In this document: positions 11,453 through 23,091 of the stretch, piece after piece | Position numbering within the stretch: position 1 is the stretch's first letter | Layout of the letters: the number at the start of each line of letters is the position of its first letter | Source: Octopus sinensis | Lineage: Eukaryota | Direction of reading: 5' to 3' | Length of the DNA: 37,699 nt | NCBI RefSeq assembly: GCF_006345805.1 | Contig: NW_021833463.1 | Coordinates: forward strand, 1-37,699 | Program-made: the position numbers and the translations under genes | The notes under the pieces: generated by a model | Told to the model about the DNA's origin: nothing | Database searches by the model: none | What the model saw: only the letters and a program-made list of their open reading frames with translations

Positions 11453-11790
11453 CAAAATTAGAAAATGGAAGAAACATACTTAACTCAATCAAACAGCAGT
11501 ATATTGGATATATGTTATCCCATGGTGGGTTGAATTTTCAATCCCTATCTCATTTTATAATATATATATATATGTAGGTGTGTGTATATGTTTGTGTGTT
11601 TGTGTTTGTCCCCCGAACATCGCTTGACAACTGATGCTGTTGTGTTTACATCCCCGTAACTTAGTGGTTCAGTAAAAGAAACCGATAGAATAAGTACTAG
11701 TCTTACAAAGAATAAGTCCTGGGGTTGATTCACTCGACTAAAGGCGGTGCTCCAGCATGGCCACAGTCAAGTGACTGAAACAAGTAATAG
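11206..11790 (+). mobile_element. SINE type A, with an expanded and interrupted internal (TA)n
   Basis: Head aggcgtaggagtggctgtatggt with B-box-like ggttcagtccc; 5' half to ~11368; 3' half 11570-11790 ending gactgaaacaagtaatag. Confidence 0.9.
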
Positions 11791-11839
11791 AATAAATAGT
11801 ACGTTCGTACGAACGTACGCATGTATGTATGTATGTATG

Positions 11840-11870
<31 letters not shown>

Positions 11871-12004
11871 GTATGTCTGTGTATATGTGTGTATGCGTAT
11901 ATCAACACACAAACACACACGTACGCAAAGAATCGTTCAAGTACATATTAATAATCATACATAAAAGCATATATATATATATGTATATGTATGTGTGTAT
12001 ATAG

Positions 12005-12286
12005 TGGAGGCTTAGTGGTTAGAGCCACGGACACGCGGTCGAGGGATCGTGGGTTCGAATCTCAGACCGGGCGATGTGTGTGTTCATAAGCGAAACACCG
12101 AAGCTCCACGCGGCTCCGGCAGAAGGTAATGGCGAACTTCTGCTGACTCTTTCGCTACAACTTTCTCTCCCTCTTTCCTCCTGCATCTTGCAGCTCACCA
12201 GCGATGGACAGGTAGGGAACCTATACCCAAGGAAACCGGGAAACCGGCCCTATAAGTCATGCTCGAGAACAACAACAACAACAACA
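12005..12286 (+). mobile_element. SINE type C1 (tRNA-derived head, (CAA)n tail)
   Basis: A box ggcttagtgg, B box ggttcgaatct, (CAA)n tail; homologous to 15718-16051. Confidence 0.9.
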
Positions 12287-12299
12287 TATATGTATATAA

Positions 12300-12650
12300 T
12301 GGAGGCGCAATGGCCCAGTGCTTAGGGCAGTGGATTCGCGGTTGTAGGAGAGCAATTTCGATTCCCAGACCGGACGTTATGAGTGTTTATTGAGCAGAAA
12401 CACTTATAGCTCCACGAGGCTCCGGCAGGGGGTCGTAGCAAACCCTGCTGTATTCTTTCACCGCAACTTTCTCTCACACTTTCTTCCTGTTTCTGTTCCT
12501 GTTTCAAATGACCAGCCTTGTCACCCACTCTGTGTCATGCTGAATCTCCCTGAGAACTACGTCAGAGGTACACGGGTCTGTGGAGTGCTCAGCCACTTGC
12601 ACGTTAATCGGATCAACTGGATCACTCGTCGGCGTAACCGATGGAGTGTC
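12300..12650 (+). mobile_element. SINE type C2 (head and middle shared with C1, different 3' tail)
   Basis: A box tggcccagtg, B-box-like tttcgattccc; 3' end cgtaaccgatggagtg; homologous to 15018-15400. Confidence 0.9.
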
Positions 12651-12873
12651 AAGATATGTATATTTATACAATGCGCATGCGCGAAATTGAAAATATGAAA
12701 TCGCAACAATTTACCCATCACACATTATATGTGTCAGTGTGTGTGTGTGTGTATATATATATTGATCTCTCTGTATACATGCATATATATATATGCATGT
12801 ATTCAGAGAGGTAGATCTACATATTTATATATATATATATATGTATATATCTACACACACACTAAAACACATA

Positions 12874-14031
12874 GAGGGTGTAATGGTTAAATTGTCACCA
12901 TTTAAAATTTTCAATTTCTTGCATGCGCATTATTTTTGATTTAGTCGACTACGCAGTATAGTACGGTCAATTGGGTACTGTCTTTAAGAAGAACGGCTGC
13001 ATGACGCAATTCTCTTTGCCAGAAATCTGGAAATGACATGCTGTACTGCTTGGCATTCGTGCCGTAAGCTCTACTAAGAACATTTGGGAGTGCTTGGGTA
13101 TTCATCTGCAGGAGAGGGCAATCTGAGAATATGTACCGAGAGTGATAAAAATCAAATATGAAATCAACATCATGGTGTTTGGAGTGAACACTGGTGATGG
13201 CGACGTTATGCCTTCATTCATCATCCCAAACGGAGGCCTACATCAAGTGCCTGGAGGAGGTGTGTTGCTCTGGGTCAAGAGGGTGGCTGCTGGAACACTC
13301 TATGCCTGGCAACAGGACTCTACACCATGTCACACAAGCAGGAGAACCCAGTCATTGCTGTCAGATCACTTCTGCGATCTCATCACCCCTAACGTCTGGC
13401 CAGCTAACTCCCCAGACTGCAACCCCCTCTATTATTATGTGTGGGGCGCAGTTGAGCGAGAGACCAACAAAACTCCTTGTAATGAACTGAAGGCAAGTAA
13501 AGCAGCATTCAACAACTTTTATATCTCAGTCAAAAAGGACAACAGCTCTTATATCCCCAATCACTCCTTATACTAGCGGTGAATGCCGTAGACATAGGGG
13601 CCTAGGTTAGGTTCCAGATCAGCCTTGATTGTCAAACCTGGCTGATGACAGTCAAGTCTGATCTGGAACCCAACCTGAGGAGTGGTTGGAGATCACGCGG
13701 TCGTTAGCCTAATATCACCAGGCCTGGATCGGCACTTTGAGGCTGAATGAAGCAGCATTGAGGATGAATGAAGCCAGCTCAACACACGCCCGTGTGAATG
13801 CTGTCTCAAGACAAGACAAGATATAAAGAAAACCGTCCAGAATAGTTACGGGAGATTCCGATGTCGTCAGGAGGTCGTGGTTTAAGCCAATGACGATTTT
13901 ATTGAACAAATTTACTTTTTCGTACTTCAGAATATTCTTATTTAATTTTGGTAAATATATATGTTAAAATGTGATGTCAGTGTTCATTTCATTCTTGTGT
14001 AATTTTGCGACAGTTTATTCACCAATACATG
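12874..14031 (+). mobile_element. Defective DD37D (maT-type) Tc1/mariner transposon, internally deleted and split by an insertion
   Basis: N-terminus MTQFSLPEIWK*HAVLLGIR near 12980. The DDE region IMVFGV..DGDVMP..WQQD-37aa-(D>Y)YYVWGAVE gives 37 residues counted by hand. The C-terminus KTVQ..GRFR.R.EVVV.AN.DFIE resumes at ~13826. Imperfect TIRs TA-gagggtg..taaattgtc (12872) and gacagtttattcacc..tg-TA (14033). Confidence 0.9.
13522..13823. mobile_element. ~300-bp MITE-like insertion within the maT transposase
   Basis: It interrupts maT between caacaacttt and aagaaaaccgtcc. Ends are ta|tatctcagtc... and ...gacaagata|ta (imperfect inverted termini, probable TA duplication), with a long internal hairpin. 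Confidence 0.7.
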
Positions 14032-14089
<58 letters not shown>

Positions 14090-14736
14090 CATATATACAT
14101 ACATATATACACACATACAAATATATATATACATACTAAATGACTGCCTATATATGCACATAAATGTACGTAAATGTATATATATTGGTGTGTGTGTATG
14201 TGTGTGTGTTTACATAAATATAATATGCGCATAAATAAATGCATGTGTATGTGTTTTTAAGTATGTCTGTATGTATAGGCAAACAAAACATAGACAGACA
14301 CGTGCACACGCTCCTGCACGCGCACACACATACACATACACACACACATTCACACACACACACGCACATGCAATTTTGTCTGCGAAACGTTTAATTTTCG
14401 TATGGGTGTGTACGTAAGATAATATTTAGTTTATCTGTCTGCCTTAGAAATTTATGTCATATCCAGACACGTTGGTATGAAGCCTTTTAGATTTGATTTC
14501 AGCTTTTATCTAAAATAGGATTTATTCGTGTCTGACTTTCGGTACTAATAGTGCAACCATATCCTTAACCGTTTTGTATTCTTGGCTTTCTACAATCACA
14601 GCTGGCAGAGGCGTTATAATTTCTTCGCTTCAGTTCTGATCGCGGGAGACATATGATCAACATGTTGCTCCGTTTTAAGACGAATGCCTGGCCCATGTCT
14701 ATACTTAATGGATTGCAGAGTTGCACATCTCTTCTT

Positions 14737-15658
14737 TAATTAATTGAGCTTTCCTTTTCCTATGGAGCGAAGAACATTGACGACGTTTCTCCAACCCTTA
14801 GCCTGTTTTTTTTTCCCCCTTTTTTTGTCTTTCGTTCCTTTTGCATCCCTGCTCCTTTTCGGATTTTTCTGCGCGGCGTCATTTGCTTCCAGGAGGGAAG
14901 ATTTTTCTCTCTCAGATCTTGTTAGTTCTGAATTGTCATCGCTGCTTCTGCAAGTTCGCTTTTTTGTTAGGTAGGTTTATCGACCTTACGCAAACCATTC
15001 TTACATCTGGAAGGAAGGAGCACTCCGTCGGTTGCGACGAAGAGGGTCCCAGCTGATACGATCAACGGAACAACTTGCTCGTGATATTAACGTGCAAGTG
15101 GCTGAGCACTCCACAGACACGTGTACCCTTAACGTAGTTCTCGAGGAGATTCAGCGTGACACACAGAATGTGATAAGGCTGGCCCTTTGAAATACAGGTA
15201 CAAGAGAAACAGGAAGAAAGAGCGAGAGAAAGTTGTGGTGAAAGAGTACAGCAGGGTTCACCACCAGCCCCTGCCGGAGCCTCGTGGAGCTTTAGGTGTT
15301 TTTGCTCAATAAACACTCACAATGCCCGGTCTGGGAATCGAAACCGCGATCCTATGACCGCGAGTCCGCTGCCCTAACCACTGGGCCATTGCGCCTCCAC
15401 TCTGGAAGGAAGTGGACCATATTAGTCAGGTCCTTGTATTGATATCTCCAGCATAGGAAACCTACCAGGAGCTCGCACGCCGCTGTAATATCTCTCAGGT
15501 CACTGAGGCACGCAAGCCGCAGCACTACAGCAGTTGCTGGGCCTTGTGGTGGGTAGCTGATCTTCGATCTGAGAATACTTTGCTCCTTTTCTTTTAATCA
15601 GTTCATAGGGCTTCGATAAAGGGTAACAACCGTTGTCCTTTTTGACTGAGATATAAAA
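14737..15658 (-). mobile_element. Longer member of the same inverted-terminus family (one end only), with a decayed ORF-like region
   Basis: 15632-15658 is the exact reverse complement of 13517-13543 (27 nt). The adjacent sequence is GC-richer than the flanks and is split by a SINE. The left boundary is uncertain. Confidence 0.45.
15018..15400 (-). mobile_element. Full-length SINE type C2 with 12-bp TSD
   Basis: Homologous to 12300-12650; TSD tctggaaggaag at 15006-15017 and 15401-15412. Confidence 0.95.
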
Positions 15659-15717
15659 TGAGGGTTTTCAGCTATAAAATTCCGATCTTGAAAATAATGC
15701 GACTAATTTCTTTTATG

Positions 15718-16051
15718 TGGAGGCACATGGCCTAGTGGTTAGAGCAGCGGACTCGCGGTCGAGGGATCGCGGGGTCGAATCTCAGACGGGGCCTGTTTAT
15801 GAGCGAAAACCTAAGCTCCACGCGGCTCCGGCAGAAGGTAATTGCGAACTTCTGCTGGTAATGGCAGAAGGTAATGGCGAACTTCTGCTGACTCTTTCGC
15901 CACAACATTCTCTCACTTTTTCCTTCATCTCGCAGCTCACCTGCGACAGACCGGCGTCCCGTACAGGTGGGGAACCTATATACCAAGGAAACCGAGAAGC
16001 CGGCCATATGAGCCAGGCGTGGCTCTAGAAGGTACAAGCAACAACAACTAC
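15718..16051 (+). mobile_element. Full-length SINE type C1 with 9-bp TSD
   Basis: A box tggcctagtgg, B-box-like gggtcgaatct, CAA tail; TSD ttcttttat at 15708-15716 and 16056-16064; internal 28-bp duplication 15830-15890. Confidence 0.9.
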
Positions 16052-16499
16052 AAACTTCTTTTATACCTCCAAGTCAATAATATAGTTAAATATTTTAACC
16101 TCATCTTTTTTAACATTCGAGCATAACACTACCCATATCTTGTATCATGTTTCTTGCATGATAAATATGGAGGGCTTTGGTTTCATGATGATTTCGCTGT
16201 TCCGTCAAGAAGCCTACGTAGTTTTTACGGCGTTCCGAGTGTGACCGATCTGAATTTTTTCTGGCATATAATGCTATGGATTAATTTATCAGATTTGGCT
16301 GAGTTACTTTTCAATGACTCAGTGAAAAGAGAAAGGATATCATCCGTGAAACGTTCTAGGATCCAGGAGATTGCTGAAAGAAAATCGAGAAATTTACCCC
16401 AGAGATTAGCCCTGAATACTTGTGAGAGATAGGACTTTAGTAAATTTGATGGTAGAATCGGGCTACAAATTCAGTTTGCCATGCAAGAACAGCAATAGT

Positions 16500-16604
16500 C
16501 TTTATTATTATATTATTATTATGATATTATTATTATTATTATTTTTTATTATTTTATTATTATTATATATTATCATTATCATTCTCATTATCATTATCAT
16601 TATT

Positions 16605-16650
<46 letters not shown>
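16500..16650. repeat. (TTA/TCA)n microsatellite
   Basis: Directly visible. Confidence 0.9.
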
Positions 16651-16651
<1 letters not shown>

Positions 16652-18570
16652 ATTCCATTCACAGGGCTTTGGCGATTAAGAATTTACAGTAGAAGATTGA
16701 TGTCTGGCGTGTTGCGCAGAGACATCGATTTCAAAGCCACGTAGTCGTAAAGCAAATATTTTACCGGGAAAACTACGTCAGGCCAGCTGAAGGTTCACAT
16801 TGGTTGAAATTTCTCTTAGATAACATGACAACGCTCACAATGTCTCAGCTGATCGAGAAAGTGGCTATGTGTATATGATTTTAAACAGAAGTATTCGCGT
16901 TAGTTCGCAACTTTAGCTCTAGAGGGCGTTAAACAGCTGCTATAACTAATGCACTTTAAACGATGACATGGTATTGGAAACCTCTGTGTTATCGCAAGAC
17001 TAGATGCTGATGTAAAAGCTCTCTCAAATGGTATTTTACTCTCTAACATGAAAAAAGTTTGTATCAAGAACTATTAATTCCTCCATGAACTGAAAACAAG
17101 TGCCACCGATAAACCGTGAATTCCTGATTTACATTTTACGATATATCTTTTAGAATGATCCTCCAGTAATAGGCAAACATGGGTTTCCTTGCTGATATGT
17201 TTGTGCATATAAGCATTAACATGAAACGAGAATGGCGTACATGCTCAGAAAATGTAGAACGTAATGATATTCAACCGACACTGGTTGAAATTAAAATATG
17301 GCTTCCTATGTTGGAGATACGATCATGTTTCCGATCTTACATATGAATGACATCCTTGGAGTTTGTGAAAAGTCAGTTGCTAGGATTTCGACCGACCTTT
17401 TCTTTTCAGAATTCGATACATTGAAAATCTTGGATTAAAAATCTAGTCTTAGAAATCGTTGAAACGAAAGCTTTCGAAATTCAAGGGGGGAAAATTGATA
17501 TGAAAGAAATCAATCACAATATTATAAGGAATTATAAATAACACTCTCTTCGCAGCTTTTTGATCTTGATTAAAAGAAAAAGAATGTAAAAAAATGCGTT
17601 TGTCCAAAATAAATAAATAAATAAATAAGGTAAAAGAAAGGAACTGAATGAGAAAGGCAGCCATTTTTTTTTTATTAGTTCTCAAATTCCTGGCTCTTAG
17701 ACTACGAATTCTCAGTCTTAATGTAAAAGAACAAAAATAAACAAGATTAGGCGCAGATGACACGAGAGCGTATTTGTTAAACATCCAACTTCTGATTGCT
17801 AAAATTTGGCAAAACCATCAGGGACAAGTTCTCCCACTGAGCGCGTCAGAAAAATTCTTGTTTTACTCTTCTTAATACTTCTTTAAATGACCCATGAATC
17901 AGCAGTAAAAATGTAATACATTTTATTTAATGGTAACAAATATCGGTTATTTAGCTACATAAATTCAAGACACATTCATTCCCCCCCCCCCGTCACGCTT
18001 GCAATTTTGTTTACTGTTAGAATGGTATTTGCTGGGGATGAGAAGAGGAGCGGGGGGAAGAAATGTGATACCCAGAAAAGTTATATACGTAATAAAGTGT
18101 ACCATAAAACCAAACTAAAACAAATCGTTCTAAAATAAGCACCATTGATAGACAGGTACGAGTATTTGTTAGCTAGATTAGTTTAGTTCTAATTGAGGGG
18201 ACCTTTGAGCAATGACTTTCACATTTGGCCATCCCATCAATTTGAATATGGTCTAACGAGCCGTTCATTTATTTCTTCAAGACATTTATATATGTGAGTC
18301 ATAAAACGAGGATTCATAAGGCCGGAGTTTAATTCGGTTTCCATGGCGAAAAGTGACTGACATAAAAAAAAAATTCTCTCTTAAACGTCACACCAGTCAG
18401 TTGGAGGATTATCTTTGTAGCAGAGTGGACTGGAGTAACGGGAAAAGAATTCCTTTAGTCAAGAGTACAGGTGATCGCCCTTTCAAACCGTTTTGATGTT
18501 ATATCACATAGAACCGTCTTGGTTATGATTCTTACAATAGCATTTTGCTGAATCAGCCATAACTTCATAT

Positions 18571-18980
18571 ACTCTTTTACTCTTTCACTCTTTTACTTGT
18601 TTCAGTCATTTGACTGTGGCCATGCTGGAGCACCGCCTTTAATCGAGCAACTCGACCCCGGGACTTATTCTTTTTGTAAGCCCAGTACTTATTCTATCGG
18701 TCTCTTTTGCCGAACCGCTAAGTAACGGGGACATAAACACACCAGCATCGGTTGTCAAGCAATGCTAGGGGGACAAACATGCACACACAAACAAACACAC
18801 ATACATATATATATATACGACAGACTTCTTTCAGTTTCCGTCTACCAAATCCACTCACTAGGCATTGGTTGGCTCGGGGCTATAGCAGAAAACACTTGCC
18901 CAAGATGCCACGCAGTAGGACTGAACCCGGACCATGTGGTTGGTTAGCAAGCTACTTACCACACAGCCACTCCTGCGCCT
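18571..18980 (-). mobile_element. Full-length SINE type A
   Basis: Near-complete match to 25207-25657 in reverse orientation; short internal CA/TA tract. Confidence 0.95.
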
Positions 18981-19030
18981 ATGGTTAACATATATACTTA
19001 CAACTAGCATTTAGCCAAGCCATCCAACGA

Positions 19031-19093
19031 TAGAGTAGTTACTACTGATGAGTTCGTAATTTCCAAACGAAACTAGGCTAGTATAGGGATCTA
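19031..19093 (+). ncRNA. Type-I hammerhead ribozyme motif, complete
   Basis: Stem I CTA/TAG (19042-44/19084-86), possibly extended by taga/tcta; CTGATGA 19045-51; stem II GTT/AAC; GAAA 19069-72; palindromic stem III ACTAG-G-CTAGT; GUA triplet 19081-83. Confidence 0.8.
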
Positions 19094-19276
19094 GCTTCGC
19101 TGTAGGGCAGTTATCTCCCCTGTTAGTATACAAAAAATGTGCTTTCTTGCTGCGCTGAGGATTTTTAACACTTATTTCTAGCAATATAAGTAATACACGG
19201 CACCCTCAGTCACAGCGACAATTAAATAATTGTTCCATTTTGGTTTTATATTGCGTATAGCCACCGTCGTTACTAT

Positions 19277-19373
<97 letters not shown>

Positions 19374-19382
19374 TGATATATT

Positions 19383-19544
19383 CGACGGGCTTCTTTCAGT
19401 TTCCGTCTACCAAATCCACTCACGTAGCTTGGTCGGCCCGAGGCTATAGTGGAGGACAATTGCCCTTGGTACCACGCTGTGGGACTGAACCCGGAATCAT
19501 GTAGTTGGGAAGGAGACTTCTTACCACACACCCACGACTGCGCC

Positions 19545-19545
<1 letters not shown>
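19383..19545 (-). mobile_element. SINE type A, 5' half only
   Basis: Head and left domain are followed (minus sense) by (TA)n; the 3' half is absent. Confidence 0.9.
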
Positions 19546-19588
<43 letters not shown>

Positions 19589-19598
19589 GTATGTATGC

Positions 19599-19631
<33 letters not shown>

Positions 19632-20039
19632 TGTATGTATGTATGTATGTATGTATGTATGTATGTATGCATGCATGCATGCTTGTATGTATGTATGTGT
19701 GTGAGTGTGTTTGTATATATAACTTCTATTCACACGAGTCATCGCCTTGAGGACGTTCAATAAATCCTACGGAGACAATACTGTGACAGAAATAGTCAAC
19801 GGTCGCATGACTTGCCTTAGTCAAAGTAGTCTGTTATTGAATATGAAAGTCTTTCGCTTCAATATGGTTTCCTTGAGGTTTTATGGGAAATAGTCATACG
19901 TTAGTCTCCAGTTACACTAAAAATATTCGTAGCACAAGGGCCTGTATGATACTTTCCATATGTCGTTATACGAAACAGATTATACAGTACTTTTGTATTT
20001 ATGTAATTATGCATAGATAAATATATTGTATAGATATAT

Positions 20040-20343
20040 TTAAGTGGATATATATGCGTGTGTAAGTGTATATCTAATAGCCGATATAGTATAATAAAAT
20101 ACATACCATGAAAAAGCTTATATGTATATGCATATTGTATACATACATATATTCACATACATACGCACACACACATACACATATAGCACACTCATACATA
20201 CGTAGATGTATGTTAGTATATATATAATATATATATATATATATAATATATATATATACACATATACATAGACACATACATATGTTACATGTTATTTATA
20301 TTCACACAATATATTATATATATATAATATATATATCATATAT

Positions 20344-20375
<32 letters not shown>

Positions 20376-20750
20376 ATATATTATATATAATATATATATA
20401 TATATATGTCTGGATGTATGATGTTTGTATGCATGCCATGTATGTATATATGTATGTATGTGTATATGTATCTATGTATGTACTTACGTACATATTTATG
20501 TATGTATATATGTATGTATATGCATACATATATATGTATGTATATACATACTTATATTCACACACATACGCACACACAAATACTCGTATAACACACTCAT
20601 ACATACGTAGATGTATGTTAGTATATATATATACATACACATACATATGCTCACATGTATATGTAACACAAATATATTATATATATATATATATTATATA
20701 TATCTATATATAATATATATATATTATACATATAATATATTATATATATT

Positions 20751-20785
<35 letters not shown>

Positions 20786-21254
20786 ATATATAATATTATA
20801 TATGTAATATATACGGTGTAATGTATGTATGTTTGTATGTATGCTGTATGTATGTATGTATCGGCACATAGAATTTAGGATTAAGAGTCGAATGATTAAT
20901 GAATGTAGTTTGTGCTGTAGAATAGCTTTATTTCTTTATGATTTGAACGAAGCTGGATATCAATTCCCTGACATCTCGGAGTTTACATATATATACGTAC
21001 GAATATATATATATATATGTATGTACGTACGAAGACATATATGCAGACGAACATACATCTCTAAGTATTACGTTCATACAGGCAAACAATGTGGTCTTAT
21101 TGGCACCTGTTTAAATACAAGCACTGGACAAAAATAATAGGAATCAACTGTTGAAACTTTATCTGAGGCATCTAAGAATAACAGAATTCCATATATATAT
21201 ATGCGTGTGTCTACGTGTTGCATGTATGTATGTATCTATATATTTATGGATATG

Positions 21255-21324
<70 letters not shown>

Positions 21325-21801
21325 TCTATGCGTATGCGTATCCATGAATATATGTATATGTATATATACCTGTGTACACAATTGTCAAACTCTTGAACTC
21401 TGCTCATATATTCTGCTTATCTACGCAACAACTTTTCTTCTATACTTTTTTGCTTTCTTTTTCATTCTGTGATATTCGCATTATTTTCCATACCAGCGCT
21501 CGTCAGAATAAAACATTTGTAAATCTTATTGTCTAACAACACTGAAATTTACTGTCTTATGTTTTTTTTATTTATATTTTTCTCATGTTTCTCTTTTCTA
21601 TGCCGTCATGTTTCAGGATTTATTTACAAATCTTGTGGTGTATATGTGCATTCGTATATACATATTTATATACATACATCACAGATATACAAACACATTA
21701 ATTGCACATACCCAGACACAAGGTATACATATATTCATACATATATACATGCATACATATAATCATCCATCCATATATATGTAGATAGATACACCCACAC
21801 C

Positions 21802-21835
<34 letters not shown>

Positions 21836-21984
21836 CATGCATATATATATTTACACATACTTACGTGCAAACGTACATTCATATATGTATATATGTATGT
21901 ATAATTATATATGTGATATGTACACAGAGGCATATCTATATGTGTGCATAGACTTTTAGGAGGGTTTATATGTGTATATATGTG

Positions 21985-22018
<34 letters not shown>

Positions 22019-22303
22019 GACACACACAAACACTCACACACACATACAGACACACACACATATATACGTGTATATATATATATACATATATATATAATAT
22101 ATATATATACATATATATATATATACATATATATATAGAGAGAGACATATATATAGTCAGATATATCTGTATGTGTACAAAAGTATATGTGTGTGTGTAT
22201 ATATATGTATATATAAAATATACATACAGGCAAGCAATCCAAAGACAATATACGTCTGTGAGTATGTGTGTATATCTAAATTCGTATATGTATATGTTTA
22301 TAG

Positions 22304-22341
<38 letters not shown>

Positions 22342-22390
22342 ATATATCCCAGAAGTTTGTGTGTAGCTGTGTACGTTTGTACGTAAATAT
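20040..22390. repeat. Extended cryptic (TA/TG/CA/TATG) simple-sequence field with short unique spacers
   Basis: Directly visible. Confidence 0.85.
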
Positions 22391-22819
22391 AGGTGTGTAT
22401 TTTCGCTTTTGTTTTCCCAATCAAATTTGAAGAGCGTTCTGCACAGAAGGCAAAATGTCTGGAATCTGTTTCTAAATTTTGCCTCGCATTTTGTTCTTTC
22501 GGTTGTTGTTGTTGCTGATGATGATAAGCATGACGTTTCAGAAGCCATTGTTGCTGTTCTTGCTGTTGCTGCTGCTGATGATGATTTCGGTGATGTTTCT
22601 ATTGTTGTTATTATTATTATTATTTTCTTGCTATGCAAGTATATACCCGAAGTCATACAGAAGGAGACATCAAGATTCCATAATCATTCACATTGCACGT
22701 AGAGAAATATTCTTACCATATATATATTGCGATGATGATGTTGCCGACGCCGCAGCCGACGAAAAAAAAAACGTCATAATGAGGATGTTGGCGTTCACGG
22801 CGAACGAAGCACTATAGGC

Positions 22820-22857
22820 AAATAATAATAATAATAATAATAGTAATAATAATGATA

Positions 22858-22889
<32 letters not shown>

Positions 22890-22981
22890 TATAATAATAA
22901 TAATAATAATGATGATGATAATAATAATAATAATAATAATAATAATAGTATAATAATGATAATAATAATAAAATAATAATA

Positions 22982-23016
<35 letters not shown>

Positions 23017-23045
23017 GAAGAAGAAGAAGAAGGAGAAGAAGAATG

Positions 23046-23091
<46 letters not shown>

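Noticed and set aside
12005-12075. tRNA genes at SINE heads (also 15718, 12300, 25207)
   Set aside because: A/B boxes are present but there is no complete cloverleaf or acceptor stem, and each continues into a SINE body.
13642-13670. CTGATGA in the hairpin loop region
   Set aside because: There is no stem II-GAAA arrangement downstream (gaac only); it is explained by the hairpin arm.
16154-16865. Non-repetitive ORFs (16154-16432 and a ~60-codon open frame near 16690-16880)
   Set aside because: No recognisable motif and no good splice-site pair; the lengths are within chance expectation.
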